This document shows positions 11,256 through 24,082 of a stretch of DNA of 64,000 bases, piece after piece. Position 1 is the stretch's first letter; every line of letters begins with the position of its first letter. The DNA lies in NCBI GenBank assembly GCA_028023455.1, contig JAQFVV010000008.1, forward strand, positions 15,624,001 through 15,688,000, given 5' to 3'. This DNA is from Epiperipatus broadwayi (Eukaryota; Animalia; Onychophora). The notes beneath the pieces are model-generated. The model had not been told where the DNA came from. It saw only the letters and a list, made by a program, of their open reading frames with translations, and did not search any database. A program made the translations under genes and the position numbers.

Positions 11256-14017
11256 GGTTTGAACCCCGCTACTGTTATATTACAAATACACTGTATGCAG
11301 TCAGTCTTAGACACCACTGAAGTAAAGAATAAGGTGGAACAGTCCATACTAAAGGGGACAGAGCAACATCTTTTAACACAGGTGTTGACACAGTACCACA
11401 CGGTTTTTTCTAATAGACCTTGGGCTATTGAAGGGTATGTTCATCGGATCAAAGTAAAGGAGGAAAACGATTTTCAAAGTCGATCTTACCCCATTCCATT
11501 TCAATATAAAGCCGAGGTGGATAATCAGATACAACAGATCGAATGGGGTGTTATTGGTAAACAAGCATCATCTTATATTAACCCTTTGGTGGTAGTAAAG
11601 AAGAAAGATGGGGCGGCTAGAATACGTTTGGATGCTCGCCGTTTAAATGCTATCACTATTCCTGAAAGAGACATTCCTCCTACAATAACCGAAATTCTGG
11701 CTAGATTTCAAGGGAAAACTGTCTTTAGTACGTTTGACTTGACTTTGAGTTATTGGCAGATACATCTTCATCCCTCTGACTGCCAATATACGGGGTTTCG
11801 GTATGAAGGGTATCCGTATGTCTTTAAACGGATGCCGTTCGAGTTGATCAACAATGGATCCGGGTTGTTAAGATGTTTGGATCAGATAGTCAGAGAAGGT
11901 TAAAAATATTATAGTAATGTACATGGATGATGTGGTTATTGCATCCAGAAATATTGAAGAGCACTTGAAACGTGGAGATATTTTTGACCGAGTGCAGTCA
12001 AAAAAATATCACGATCAACTTGCAGAAAAGTTACTTAGCCATGGATGAAGTGGCATTTTTGGGCTTTGTAATTGGGAAGGATGGTATTAAACCCCATCCA
12101 GATAAATTAGCTGCAATTGAGCATTTCCCTACACCTGCTAACATACGCCAGGTGAAGTCATTTTTAGGTCTCTGCAACTTTTACCACCGGTTTTATGAAA
12201 ATTTTGCTGTAGAATCATCATCCTTAGTCTAGTTATTAAGAAAGGACCAGAAGTGGTTTTGGGGTTCACAACAGGAGCAGGAGTTTCGGCTCATCAAGAA
12301 GAATTTTCTGAAACAAGTAGTTCTGGCGTACCCTGATTTTTCCCAAACACTTTATATTCAAACTGATAGTAGCCGACATGGATTGGGAGTAGTATTATTC
12401 CAAATTGATGAGCAGAAGCATCACAAGGTATTATATTTTTGTAGCCATACCCTAAAAGGGGCTGAAAATAATTATACAACTACTGAAAAGGAGGCTCTCG
12501 CCATTGTATGGGCCTTCAGAAAGTTCAAACAATTCTTGCTGGGCTCAAACATCATTGTTATTACTGACCATAAATGTTTGGAATTTCTGAATAATAGTTA
12601 CCTGACAAATGATCGGCTCATTCGGTGGAGCTTGATCTTGCAGAAATTTCAATATAGAGTGGTCTATTGCCCTGGCAAGGATAACATTGTGGCAGATGTC
12701 TTGAGTTGGCACCCCGTAGATCTTTCACCGCATCACCTAAACTCGGATAACAAGTATCGCTGCTATTACATTGGTTCTCGATGATTCCGTGGAACAGGAT
12801 TTACGGGAACTACCAGAAATACAGGCAAGCGATCTGGATTATGCTCCAATGGTAGCCTACAAGAAAGGAGTCATTAATCCCTCACTAATGGACCTATCCA
12901 AGTTAGAACAACAAGGAGCTTATCGTATTGAGGACGGTATCCTTCAATACCAGGTTACTGCAAAAGAAGATTCCTGGCGAACCCTCATACCTAAAAAGAT
13001 TAGGAATCATTTAATTGAATATGTGCATTGTCTGTATGGACATTTTGGACCGCATAAGGTTGAGTATGTGCTCCGAGAATTATTTTATTGGCCAGGGATG
13101 TACTCAAATATTTTATAAGTTCTCAGAAGTTGCTACACATGTTCACAAATGAAACCCGTAAATAAACATTTTACGGGAGTCTTGCAACCCATTCTAGCTC
13201 AGAATCCTAATGAGTTACTAGCTATTGACTTTTAAGGTCCATTACCAGCGTATCAGCGATATCAGTTCTTAGTTGTCATGTATGATGTCTTTTCAAAATA
13301 TGTGACAGCTTATCCATTAAGAAAGGCTGATGCTTTAAGCACTATCAAAGTATACAAGAGCAGCAAATTCCTAGAATTGGCAAGCCTCAATGTATATTCT
13401 CGGATCATGGAACACCATTTAAATCACGCCAGTGGAAGCATTGGCCCCAGCAACAGGATATAAAACATTTATTAACATCCATACGCAACCCTCAATCTAA
13501 CCCCGGCGAGTGGGTTATGAGGGAGCTTAACCGGTTATTCCGGTTGTATGTCAACCAGAACCAAAGAGAATGGGTGAAACAGACTGAGAATGTTGTCAAT
13601 TATATTAATTGGACGTTAAATGAGTCCACAGGGTTTACTCCCATTAGGCTGCATTTCGGAAAAAATTATCCTATACTTATCAAAGCTCCATTACCCATCG
13701 ATCGTGATAACCGAGAGAGGGACAGAGAAAAGGCTAGGATAAAATTAAAGCACATGGCTGAATTGCGCATAAGGCGTGCAAACCGGAATCCTTGCCAATT
13801 CGATACTGGTGATAGGGTTTTTGTCAGAAAACCTCATGTGAGCAATCCAACAAGGCATCAATACAAAAATTTTTTTCCGATATATGATGGACCTTTTACT
13901 ATAAAAAAAAAATATGGTCAGAATGCCTTTCTTCTGGAAGATGAGTCTGGAATTCAGGGGTCCTATAATGCCCATAGTCTTAGACCTGCTGAACAAAGAA
14001 TCAATAATGATAGGTAA
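11256..14017 (+). pseudogene. pol: Fragmented pol: RT, RNase H, integrase (frameshifts and stops)
   Basis: NPLVVVKKKDG, LDARRLN, FSTFDL, RMPF, YMDD (~11919), QVKSFLGLCNFY, ENNYTTTEKEALAIVW, TDHKCL, VHCLYGHFG, PIYDGPF, spread over at least six ORF pieces. Confidence 0.92.
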
Positions 14018-14071
14018 GTAGCAAAAATTATCATAGATGTAATAAAGCGATTGATTGCAGTTAACACGTTT

Positions 14072-14096
14072 AAAAAAAAGAGAGGAAAAAAGGAAG
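14072..14096 (+). promoter_or_regulatory. Polypurine tract of the gypsy element
   Basis: AAAAAAAAGAGAGGAAAAAAGGAAG after the integrase stop, about 37 nt before the 3' LTR TG. Confidence 0.6.
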
Positions 14097-14133
14097 TTAC
14101 AGGAAGTTTTTTTTGATCAGGTATTGAGGCAGT

Positions 14134-16078
14134 TGAGCCGGATTGATTTCCGATTCAATGGTTTTATTGCTAAAATTAAAAAGGGAAAACAACTTCACTT
14201 TCATTAAATGTCTAATGCTAAATTTTTTTTTATTATTATTTCAAAACACATACGCATTTATATTTTTGCATTTATATTTTAAAATAGATTATTTAATGTT
14301 TATAAAATTGATTTAGAATAGTTTACTTTCACTACTTTGTTTATAAAATTGATTTAAAAATACTTTACTTTCACCGCCTGTTTTAATCAAAAAGCTTGCT
14401 AATTATATATTCCTGTTGCTTGTATTTTTAATCATTTTTAAAGTTAATTCTAAAAGTCTAAAAGCGGAGATTTAGTTTTGTATTTGTTATTTTGGATACA
14501 ATAATCCCTGGTTGGAATTCTTAAATTAGATTGAGCTGGAAATTAATATTTGCCCTGCAGGAGCTATAGAATTAGAGACTAATGAAAGTTTTTCGCGGGA
14601 AATGTAGCAAGGCAAGGATAGCCCGCCAATTTTTGAGGAGAGAAGAGATGCATTATTGGAGACACACTTGGATTATCGACTGCTAAGAGTCAGATGGTTT
14701 TGAGTAGCTGTTCGGATGTTTAATTGCCTGCTAAAAACTTAAATAATTATTGACAAACTTTGTAGCTGTGCAAGATGTCAAAATCTACCGCTATGGGTTT
14801 TGCCATCATTAGAATGTCTTGCTAATTTAAACAAAGGACGGACCCACGCCTACCAGCTCTCCTTCAGTCATGCCATGAGCCTCTAAAATAAACACTGCCT
14901 CTACCTTGCCGCTGTCAAAGGACCTGAAAGATGAACTATTATCAAAAGTGCGCACTCGTCACCAAATCACTAGGACTCTACCTTACCGTAAGCTAAACTT
15001 TTTCCTATTCTAGCCAGGGTAAATAAATTGCATTTAATTAAATCTCCGCTCAATCTAATGATAAATATGTTTTAAAATGGTATTGTTTTTTTTTTAATTA
15101 TTTATTATCTGTATGTACTCTTTTCTAGTATTTAAAGTGTGTCTTGGAATCTTAGTTTTAAGATTCCAAGTTTGTTTGCAATTTTCATTTATCAGGGAGT
15201 GCATAAGGTGATTGTATTTTATATGTTTAATATATACCTGATTATTTCGTTAACTATTACAAAACACATTGGCAGTTTTCATAATCTGTATTTATTTACC
15301 TGCCCTTAGTTGTACAATAAAGAATCTTTAAACATGTTTCGTTTGCGCTGTTTGTGCAAACAACAAAATCTTTTTGCTGACTATTTGTCAAGTTATTTCT
15401 TCGGGTTGTCTGAAAATAGTCTATTTCTTTCTGGATTATGTAAGATCGTAATCAAATATCTATTGCTGTCTTGTGGGTGAGATCAACCATGTTTACTTTG
15501 AATGTAGTATTACGCGCAGCAGTCCTGTGGCGTTTTAATGACAGTAATTAGAATATTACTGCTCGGACGTTCGTGCTGGTATGTTGGTTTCCGGCAGGAC
15601 AGTAACTGTTTTATTATCCCTGATTCAGGAAGCTAAAGTTGTTGTTTGTTTTGTAATTTTACAACTGGCCAGCAAGAAGATATTTTCCTAACCATTTCTA
15701 TTTTAAGTGAGATAATTTTGCTGCCAAGGTGTTTTATGCCTTCATGTTTGTCGTACTCTTGGGCACTCTCTAGTAAATAGGCGTATGTTACTATAAGCCA
15801 CTTTTGTATTCGTGGCTAGATGTCTTCCCTCTATTGCACAACTTTTAATAAAATTAATAAATTGTTTAAACTTAATTTGGCTGATGTTTGTCTTTGTGCT
15901 TTGATTTCTCAACTGTCTAAATAATATTTAAGATATCTTGTTCCTCCCTGAGTGTAGTTTGGTGCCTTTTGATTCGCATATCCTGTCCACCCTAAAATAA
16001 ATGTCTAGTTCTTATTTTCGGACTAGTGGCGCCCCCGGAGTTTGTATATGCGAATCTCAAAATCTTTCTCCCATTACA
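14134..16078 (+). repeat. 3' LTR (1945 bp)
   Basis: Direct repeat of the 5' LTR, roughly 3-4% diverged by eye; has a 14-bp tandem duplication near 14254-14281 and a 16-bp deletion near 15325 relative to the 5' copy; ends CCCATTACA. Confidence 0.95.
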
Positions 16079-18800
16079 ATATATATTATGATAATTCAAA
16101 GCTTTAATCATTGTGGAAATGGTTATAAAATCAAATAACCTTTTCGTAATTTACAAAAAAAAAAAGATAACATTTATTGGACTTTTCCATAACTTCTCTC
16201 AATATTTGGATGTGATTCGTCATGGTAAAACTACTTTTAAATCCAAAATCTTCTCTTTATATATTTAATCAAAAATTTACAATTGAAGAATTATGGCATA
16301 AAAAATGGTATTCATAAAAAGCCATTAACAAATTTCTTTTCCAAATGTGGCAATAAAACTATCTTGATTTGATCTTCCTACAAACAACTAGTCTCATTAA
16401 CAGATTCTGGACAACTAATGATCATTGTGATTTTCTGCTTTGTAAATGGAATTTAACTGCCATTGAACTATGTAGATGAACACAAATCTGTCAAACACAT
16501 GGTTAATGGTAGATTTGAAAGATTTAATAAACTACTAGGGAATTTATCTCACGGATGGAATCTCTACATATTTTTTTTATGATATTTTGTTAATAATTAA
16601 GCTGTTTATAAAAAAAATATCCATACTTAAAAAAAATCTAGCATGATCTAATTAATTTGAGTCTAAAGTTCTCTGAAAAAGAGTTGTAATCACTCTGATA
16701 AAAATCTTATATAAAACTGATGTCAATAATTTCTAATACATTCTTAAAGATCACTATTGCATTCTTCAAGTCTTCTCTAACATCTTTATTATTTAAATAT
16801 TTAATATATAGTTTTTCCAACTATTTTTCTATTTATTTGCCTGTTTTTTTTTTAAGGATATCAATAATACTGTAATTCCATCATTTTCTGGAGCTTTTCT
16901 CTTCCATGGTAATTGCATATCTTATCTCTTTAAAATATAGTATTTGGTAATACTGAGAGGAGCTATTTACTTTTTTATTTCTGCATAATTCTTTGTAAAA
17001 ACCTTATACACATTTTATATTATCCTTTTTTTTAAAATAACAATTTATTTTTTGTTTCTGCTGAATCAATTTTTTTTTCCAATATTAATAAGTTGTTTAT
17101 AGCTTTGAAATTTTTATAATCTTCTATAGCTTTCCTAGCGAATTCATAGTTATGTTTTCTTATATTATTAATTCATTTTACACAATTCCTGTATTCAATT
17201 ATTTTAAAGGGGTCTTTTTTAATTACTTTTAATGTATACAGAACACAATGTGACCTAAGGCAACTTTACACATATTATTTTGGTAATAATAGAAGAAGAA
17301 AAAATTTAACTTAACAATGAGTTTATTCTTAAAAAAAAAAAGAGTTTATTACTTAAAATATACAGTATTATGGTAGTAGTTTACTAGTATTTTCAATTAG
17401 CAGCTTCATGGTTGAGTACCATAAATGAAATCAATGTTAATTATGCATACACAATTCTTTATAATAGTGAACTATAATGCTGTATTTTCATATTATAGTC
17501 TTTTATTTCACTTGTTAACTTTTCACCACAAAGCTTTCAGCAGCATATTCTACTGTTCACAGACTGCTGGTTTTGCAAACAACTAATTGTTCATATTACA
17601 CTTGGCACTGAACATTCTGCTAACATTTTAGATAGACCATATTGTTTTGAGATATAATTTGCAGTTTTATTATTATGTTCTTGCAAATTAGTATATCCAG
17701 GTTAATTTAGTAATTTGCATAATTTCACTTATTATGCATTTTTAGAATGACTATTAATGTCTTTTATATTGACTTGTTATGTGCACACCCACAACTATTC
17801 ATTATTATTATTACACAATTTAATCAATATACAGTAATTTTCATAATCATTTCTATTTATACATTGCCTTATCTTGGCTAAAGATTTATTAGTAAATTGC
17901 TGCTTTTTAGATCAGCTGTCTGTGTAGTTGATCTTAGTAGAATATCAGTTATCTCCTTGTTAATCTGTTAAGTCTGAACTATTTTAAAAGTCAATATTAT
18001 AAAATGTTTTGCAATTTTCAATTCATTGGAATATTTCTGAATGTTTGAAATATTAGTACTATCTTTCTTAATTTTTATTATTAGTTTTGGATTAACATAT
18101 ATCTTTCAACTCACTAATTTGCTCATTTATCATGTTGAATCTATTAAGAACATCTCAATTTTGAAACATTTTCTTTATAATCCAATTTTGATCTGCTTTT
18201 AAGAATAATATTTTTTGTTGCTGCTGTTGCAAATTCTACAAATCTGTATCCTCTCTCATTTCTATTTTATAACTAAAGTTGCTCAATTGTATTATATCTA
18301 AATTGTTTTCCCATTTTTGTATCAAAATTTCTCTCATGATAATTTTAAAATGTTTGGTTTGATCAAAAGCATTTTGTACATTTATATAAAAATTCTCTAC
18401 TTGTTCATCATAAGAATTTGTAGTATTGAATTATCTGCATTTAGCATCCTCAATTAATTTGAATAATTAATCTTGCTACTTTTATAATGAATCTCTTTAC
18501 TTATGCTTCCACTATTTGTACCTTTGGGTAGTAAAGTATATGTTCACTTCTTAAAATTGGTGCCCCTCTTTATTATCTAACTTCATGAAGTTCAATAGTA
18601 TCCCTAATAAAGTTTTTCCAATGCATGAAAACTTCACTTGAAAATAATATGCAGTTATAGATAGCTAAATGTTATATCTGAATGGCAATCTGTATCTGCA
18701 ATATAATTTTTATCACCAATTGCTACCTCTGCCGATAACTTTACAGTCTCCTTGAAATATGGGCCAAAATTTAGTTTTCTCATAAATATTTTTAAAAAAA
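16079..18800 (-). mobile_element. Decayed RTE-clade LINE, 5' part (with unrelated insertions near 16270-16640 and 17240-17830)
   Basis: Minus strand encodes DEQVENFYINVQNAFDQ (~18410) vs DEVVDFYMDVQKAFDQ in the intact copy; AATGAGAGAGGATACAGATTTGTAGAATTTGC and GAAAAGCTCCAGAAAATGATGGAATT match the 24-kb copy. Confidence 0.75.
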
Positions 18801-21800
18801 TCATTCACACATTCATTGTTTTCAATGAAACTCAACTTACACTTCAATTAAAAACTATCAAGCAATTGAGAAAAAACTCTAGTGATTCTTTGTCTTAAAC
18901 TAAAGTAAAAAAAAGCGGTAACATGAAGATTGATGCATATTAGTGAGCAGTCCAAGCAGATTCACTTACTGTATAAATAATCACATAGAAATGCAAGTGC
19001 AACAACTAGAAAGCATGGAGTGTATATTAGAAATTTGTCCTACTTGGTTCTTTTTAAGTTTTGAAGAAAAATCAAATTGTATCCTTTCAATCAATAGGCT
19101 TTTTGAATTCTATAATGATTATTTCTGGAATTCCACAGTTGTTAAACAGAAACATTTCATCTATGCTACATAAAGAACACAGCAATGATTCTTACCACTC
19201 AATACTTTCACTTGTCAATGTCAAGTGCTTCTTATTTGACAAATAAGGAAATCTCTTTAACTAATGTACTAGTTTAAATTTCACATGGCATTAATAAGAA
19301 GGTCCTTAGACTTATTTTTTTTATCAAAAAATCCAAATATATCAATTCCAGGAACTAGTGTTTAAACTTCTTACTGAGGTGCATTCATTATCGCAAAGCA
19401 TTTGATTAGATGTGTCTAGTGTACTAACAGATGGTAACAATATGTAGGCATCCAAGAATTTAATTTTATTGGAAAATAAAGGTATAATGTTAATAATTAC
19501 TCCTACTGATTCCAGGATTCTGTAGAGAGAATATTGGGAATGCTTCAATGTTTCCAGAATATTGTGATAAAGAATATAAGGAAAGTTTTAATCTCTTATG
19601 AAGCAGTTCCGGAATGAAAACAGAATATTAATCAATCATTGAAAATGAACAGCAAATTTTTGAATACATCGTATCATTGTATTTTCCTGATCAAAATGGT
19701 AACAGATTTTCTGTTTTAAAATCAATCAAGTATAAAACAAATTCACTTTTTCAATAAAGAATTAATATATTTTATAATGGCAGTGTTGTGATTTTGAGGA
19801 AAATGAAATTGTTGATCAGAAATATTTTAATGTGAATGGAAAATTTTATTAGGAAGATAGCTATTTTTTATATGAATATTAGATGTTTATTAAGATTTCT
19901 AAGAAATTTGAAGATTAGTCAATAATGAGGGAGATCATAAATATGGAGAAAACTGTTTCACCAGATAAAATTCTTCATACTGAAGTGGATAATCTGAAGC
20001 TCAGATTACGCTTCATAAGTATTAACATTCATTGTACCATCTAACAGGGTTCAAAATCTATCTCTCCATGCTCGTACATGTACTCAGTACTTACCCAGAA
20101 TTTTTTTTCTTTTCATTTCAATATTAGTCACATTTTAATAGAAATAAATTAACGATTTGGGAAAGTGAATTAAGAGTCGTGGACAAGCAATGAGGGATAG
20201 ATTTAATCAAAATATACACACACTTTTAATGTACTAATAATGTATATATGAATTAATTGGGAAATATGTACTTAAAATTTTATTTATTTCATTAATCATG
20301 TAGGCACGAGATAAAATGATCAGGTTGGAAATTTCTAGAAACATTACTATAAAATTTAAAATAAAAAAAAGGGAGTGGGGAATTAATTATTGTAAGTCAA
20401 ATAAATCAAAAGTGCTATTAATAAAGGTTACTTTTCCATTAACATAAAATTAATCTATCTAAGAGATCTTTACAAATACTAAAATAGAATGTAAAACAAT
20501 CGTTCAAGAATTTTTCAGACCGATCGCTTTATCTTAAATTTCTTATAAAACAAAGGTGGGCTTCCTGTGGAAAAATGCCTATTGTACCAAAATTATACAT
20601 CGCTTCAGGTCACAAGTTCTTACTGCATTCCAAATTTCCAAGGAATCATATAAATAGTGCGAAAATTTGATTGATAATGAGTCGTCTTCTTTGTCTTTTC
20701 GAGAGAGTTTAACTGATTTCACGCCGCTCGTTACCTTAGATATGACCAAGGAGTAAAACCATTGTGCCTTTCCTTTTAGCCATTTTTGAACCACTCTCTA
20801 TTGAAATGCATCTTGAACTTAAATGAAACCTTGAACTATTTAACTGTGCTCTGAACCTGATCTGGAAAAGTATGCTACCTGCCGTTAATTAATCAAACCA
20901 TGTCAAAAATAATGAAATGTTACACCAGAATGGAATCAAGAAAGTATTACGAAGATAATAGTGCCGCCTCACCCTTATCTTCTCTATATCTTATATATAT
21001 TAACTATAACTAAATTTAATGTAAACTAAATGTCTATCCTTATAAAAGTAACTTACCTATGTAATAATATTTAATCTACTCTCTACATGATTCTTTATAA
21101 AACTAAGCATATAATTCTCCATTAGCCTCGCAAAATTCTTATTTTAAAATAGTGCGGCATTGATTTTCTATATAATTATAATATATATTTATTTTTTGTT
21201 TCATTCATGTAATATGACATTAATTATTTCTGCAAATGTGTTTAAATTTATTTAAGTCTTCTGACATTTTTTTTTTTTTAAAAAAGGAGCGCCCTTTAAG
21301 TTTTACATTTGCCGAGTTAGAAAGATTTAAAATGTTATTTTTCTTGGTATGCTATTATTGCAGTTTGACAAAGGGGGAAAACATTTACCACATTAATAAA
21401 TAAAAAAAGATTGAAGATTTGGGGAAATTACAAAGTAAAGATTATATGTATATTTCATGTCATTTTATGTTTAAAAATCGCCTAAATTAATATTCATATA
21501 TCGTATAATAATCCTCTAAATATTCTCAGCCATGTAAATAAGTAAATTAATGCTATTAAAAATTTTGTTTATCACTTTGTGTCAAATCCAAAATAAAGTT
21601 AAAGTTAGATGATGTGGGGGAAAATTGGGCTCTATATTTTATATTTTTTAAGAAAACTACGAGTGAGAAAACCAATCTTATATTTCAAAGTACCTGTCAT
21701 AATGTTCATTATCTTTATATAAGTCAGCTTAAATAATTTGATCATACCGTCAAGAAAAGGAATAACTAATACCTTGGGTTAACTTTAAGCATCAGAAATA

Positions 21801-22486
21801 TCTTATATATTTACATTGTCCAAGGGTTGCTAATGTCGGTCTATTTCATAATTGTGTGCTATTCATCCAAAGTCTGCATCAGGAAAGACACGAGCCAATT
21901 ATTCGTTGCTTCCCGTCTGTGATAAGGGAATAGATCCTGGACCATGGGCTTGATTAATAATGGAAATTTTTGCACCATCAGTGCTATCCCATTCAGGCTG
22001 AATATTTCTTCATTCCAGTGACCAATCTCCATAAATTTGGAGCTTGGCAAGTTGGTCTCATATGATGCGAAATAAAAATCACATTCCCATTTGATAACTT
22101 CATAAACACACCATCATGTCTCATAAATATATATCTTTAATATAAAAATAGCCCACACATTAGCACCACCATTACTCTATTCCATTCTTTCTTTATTAAA
22201 CCCTGTCTATACAATTCCATAGTTTGACGTTGTGATCACTTGAGGCTGAAGTATACGAAATTAAATGTTATTACTTAATTCTATATTTGAATTAATAAAT
22301 TAATGTGCTAGTATCCGATTCTGGATAATTAAAATGCTCAGTATGCCCCTCCTTTATGTTCTATTTGAAATATAAAATCTTTATTGGTGTATAATGTCCT
22401 AACACAATAAACTAATTGCATATACAAAATGTTGGTAATTTATCCCCAGATTAATTGATTGTTCATGAAAATTTATATATATTTGG

Positions 22487-23428
22487 TGTAACATTAGGCT
22501 GATAATAATTAGCATATTGTTCAATTAAATTGCTGTAATCCCTTTTTACTCCATTAATGCATAATAAAGAATTATTGGCATATCACTGAAACCGCACTAT
22601 TAATAAATGTATTAAATAAAAATTGTTTTAATATACGTATAAGACCGTCCTATAAATAAATGTATTTAAAGAATAAAATATACTTGTTTTAATATACGTA
22701 TAAGACTATATGAGATACGTAAATGTATTTGGTTGTAATGCGAGGTTAATATTCATATTTATTCACACATAATATATATCTATTAACGCATTATCTTTAT
22801 GGGTATTATTAAACCATATTTAAAATCTTATTCGCGAGTCATTGCCTATACTATTGATTATGCTTTCCCACACACATATCTATTCATATTAGGTTTATAT
22901 GTACTCATAAGACGTAAATAATTTATCAATAACAATTATATAGATATGGCCAGTTGCCTAATTAGTCTTTTTGTTTTACCACCGAGCTGCCGGCTAGAAA
23001 TAATTGAATATGACTTGTATCATAAGTATTGCTGATCATAAGTAAAGAGACCTAGGTTTGAACCTGTAGGACAGAGTTAGAGAGTGGCCCTGACTTATGC
23101 ATCTTGTACATGATCTGACTCGAGGTACTCAGGCTGGAACTCCAAGTCTGGTTGTATGAATTATGCAAAATGACCAGTACAATAGAGTATTTGTTTATAT
23201 TAAATTGAAAAAATCATTCATTGCTAGAACTATTGAAGGACAGTATTCAGTTAGATAAGTTTTTTTTTTTTAAAATAGAAAATAATAGAATGAGGTCATA
23301 TAAAATGTTTTGTGTAGTTTTTTTTAGAATTCCTGGTAGATCACATTGAAGTGGATCACGAGGTTGATGTAACAAATTAAAAGAATGGGACTTGAAAAAT
23401 AATTTTAAGAAATTGAATTGTGATAACA
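22487..23428. repeat. Possible solo LTR with an internal ~57-bp tandem repeat (about 22606-22730)
   Basis: TGTAAC...ATAACA termini; TTGTTTTAATATACGTATAAGAC repeated at 22623 and 22684; no TSD found. Confidence 0.3.
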
Positions 23429-24082
23429 AAATCCATGTATTTACTACATTTTGATTTACTGGAAACTAATAATTGGATATCCCTGTAGGATTTAGTGCAA
23501 TGATAGATTGGTTGATTCTAGAGGTTCAAAGTCTATAGATTTCAGTTAATTCTGTCATTTCTAGTGCTTGACTTTTAATTTATAAACACTGGATTTTTTA
23601 TATAAGTGTGAATAGGTAAACAATTGGAATGATTTCTAGTGATTAAATGAACTTGGCAATGAGTATCACTGATGGAATTAGTTTAATAGCATTCAGTACA
23701 TTTCTTTATTTATTAATATGATCAATTAGAAGTAATTTATATTTCAGATACATCATACACACCAATTTACTTTGAGCATTAATTCAATAAATTACTAAAA
23801 TCATTCAATCATATGCAGTACAAGTTTTAGCTATGTTTGGGAAATTACAGTATATTTCATACCTAAGTCAACAGTATCAGAAAAAAATCCTGATCTTCTA
23901 ATATTTCATGTGAGACTTGATAAAAATATGGCAAATCCAAAATTTTGTTTCAATTACTATTTAAAACCACATAGTAAACTTTTTTTTCTAGTTCTTATAA
24001 TAATAATATATCTACAATGTGCTGTATTTATTTGTTTTAGAATTTCCAATAAAAGGAATTACTTAAGCATAACCAAAAAGTG

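Larger units (their letters stand above)
2623..16078 (+). mobile_element. Full-length, decayed Ty3/gypsy LTR retrotransposon
   Basis: Two ~1.95-kb direct repeats with TG...CA ends, PBS, gag-protease ORF, RT-RNaseH-integrase in gypsy order and a polypurine tract; flanked by (TA)n on both sides (ATAT TSD compatible but ambiguous). Confidence 0.95.

Noticed and set aside
11256-11272. GGGTTTGAACCCCGCT, resembling a tRNA T-arm or B-box
   Set aside because: No A-box or cloverleaf; it lies at the start of the RT reading frame.
20033-20924. Possible solo LTR (TGTACC...GTTACA, CpG-richer)
   Set aside because: No TSD, PBS, PPT or second copy in the window to support the boundaries.
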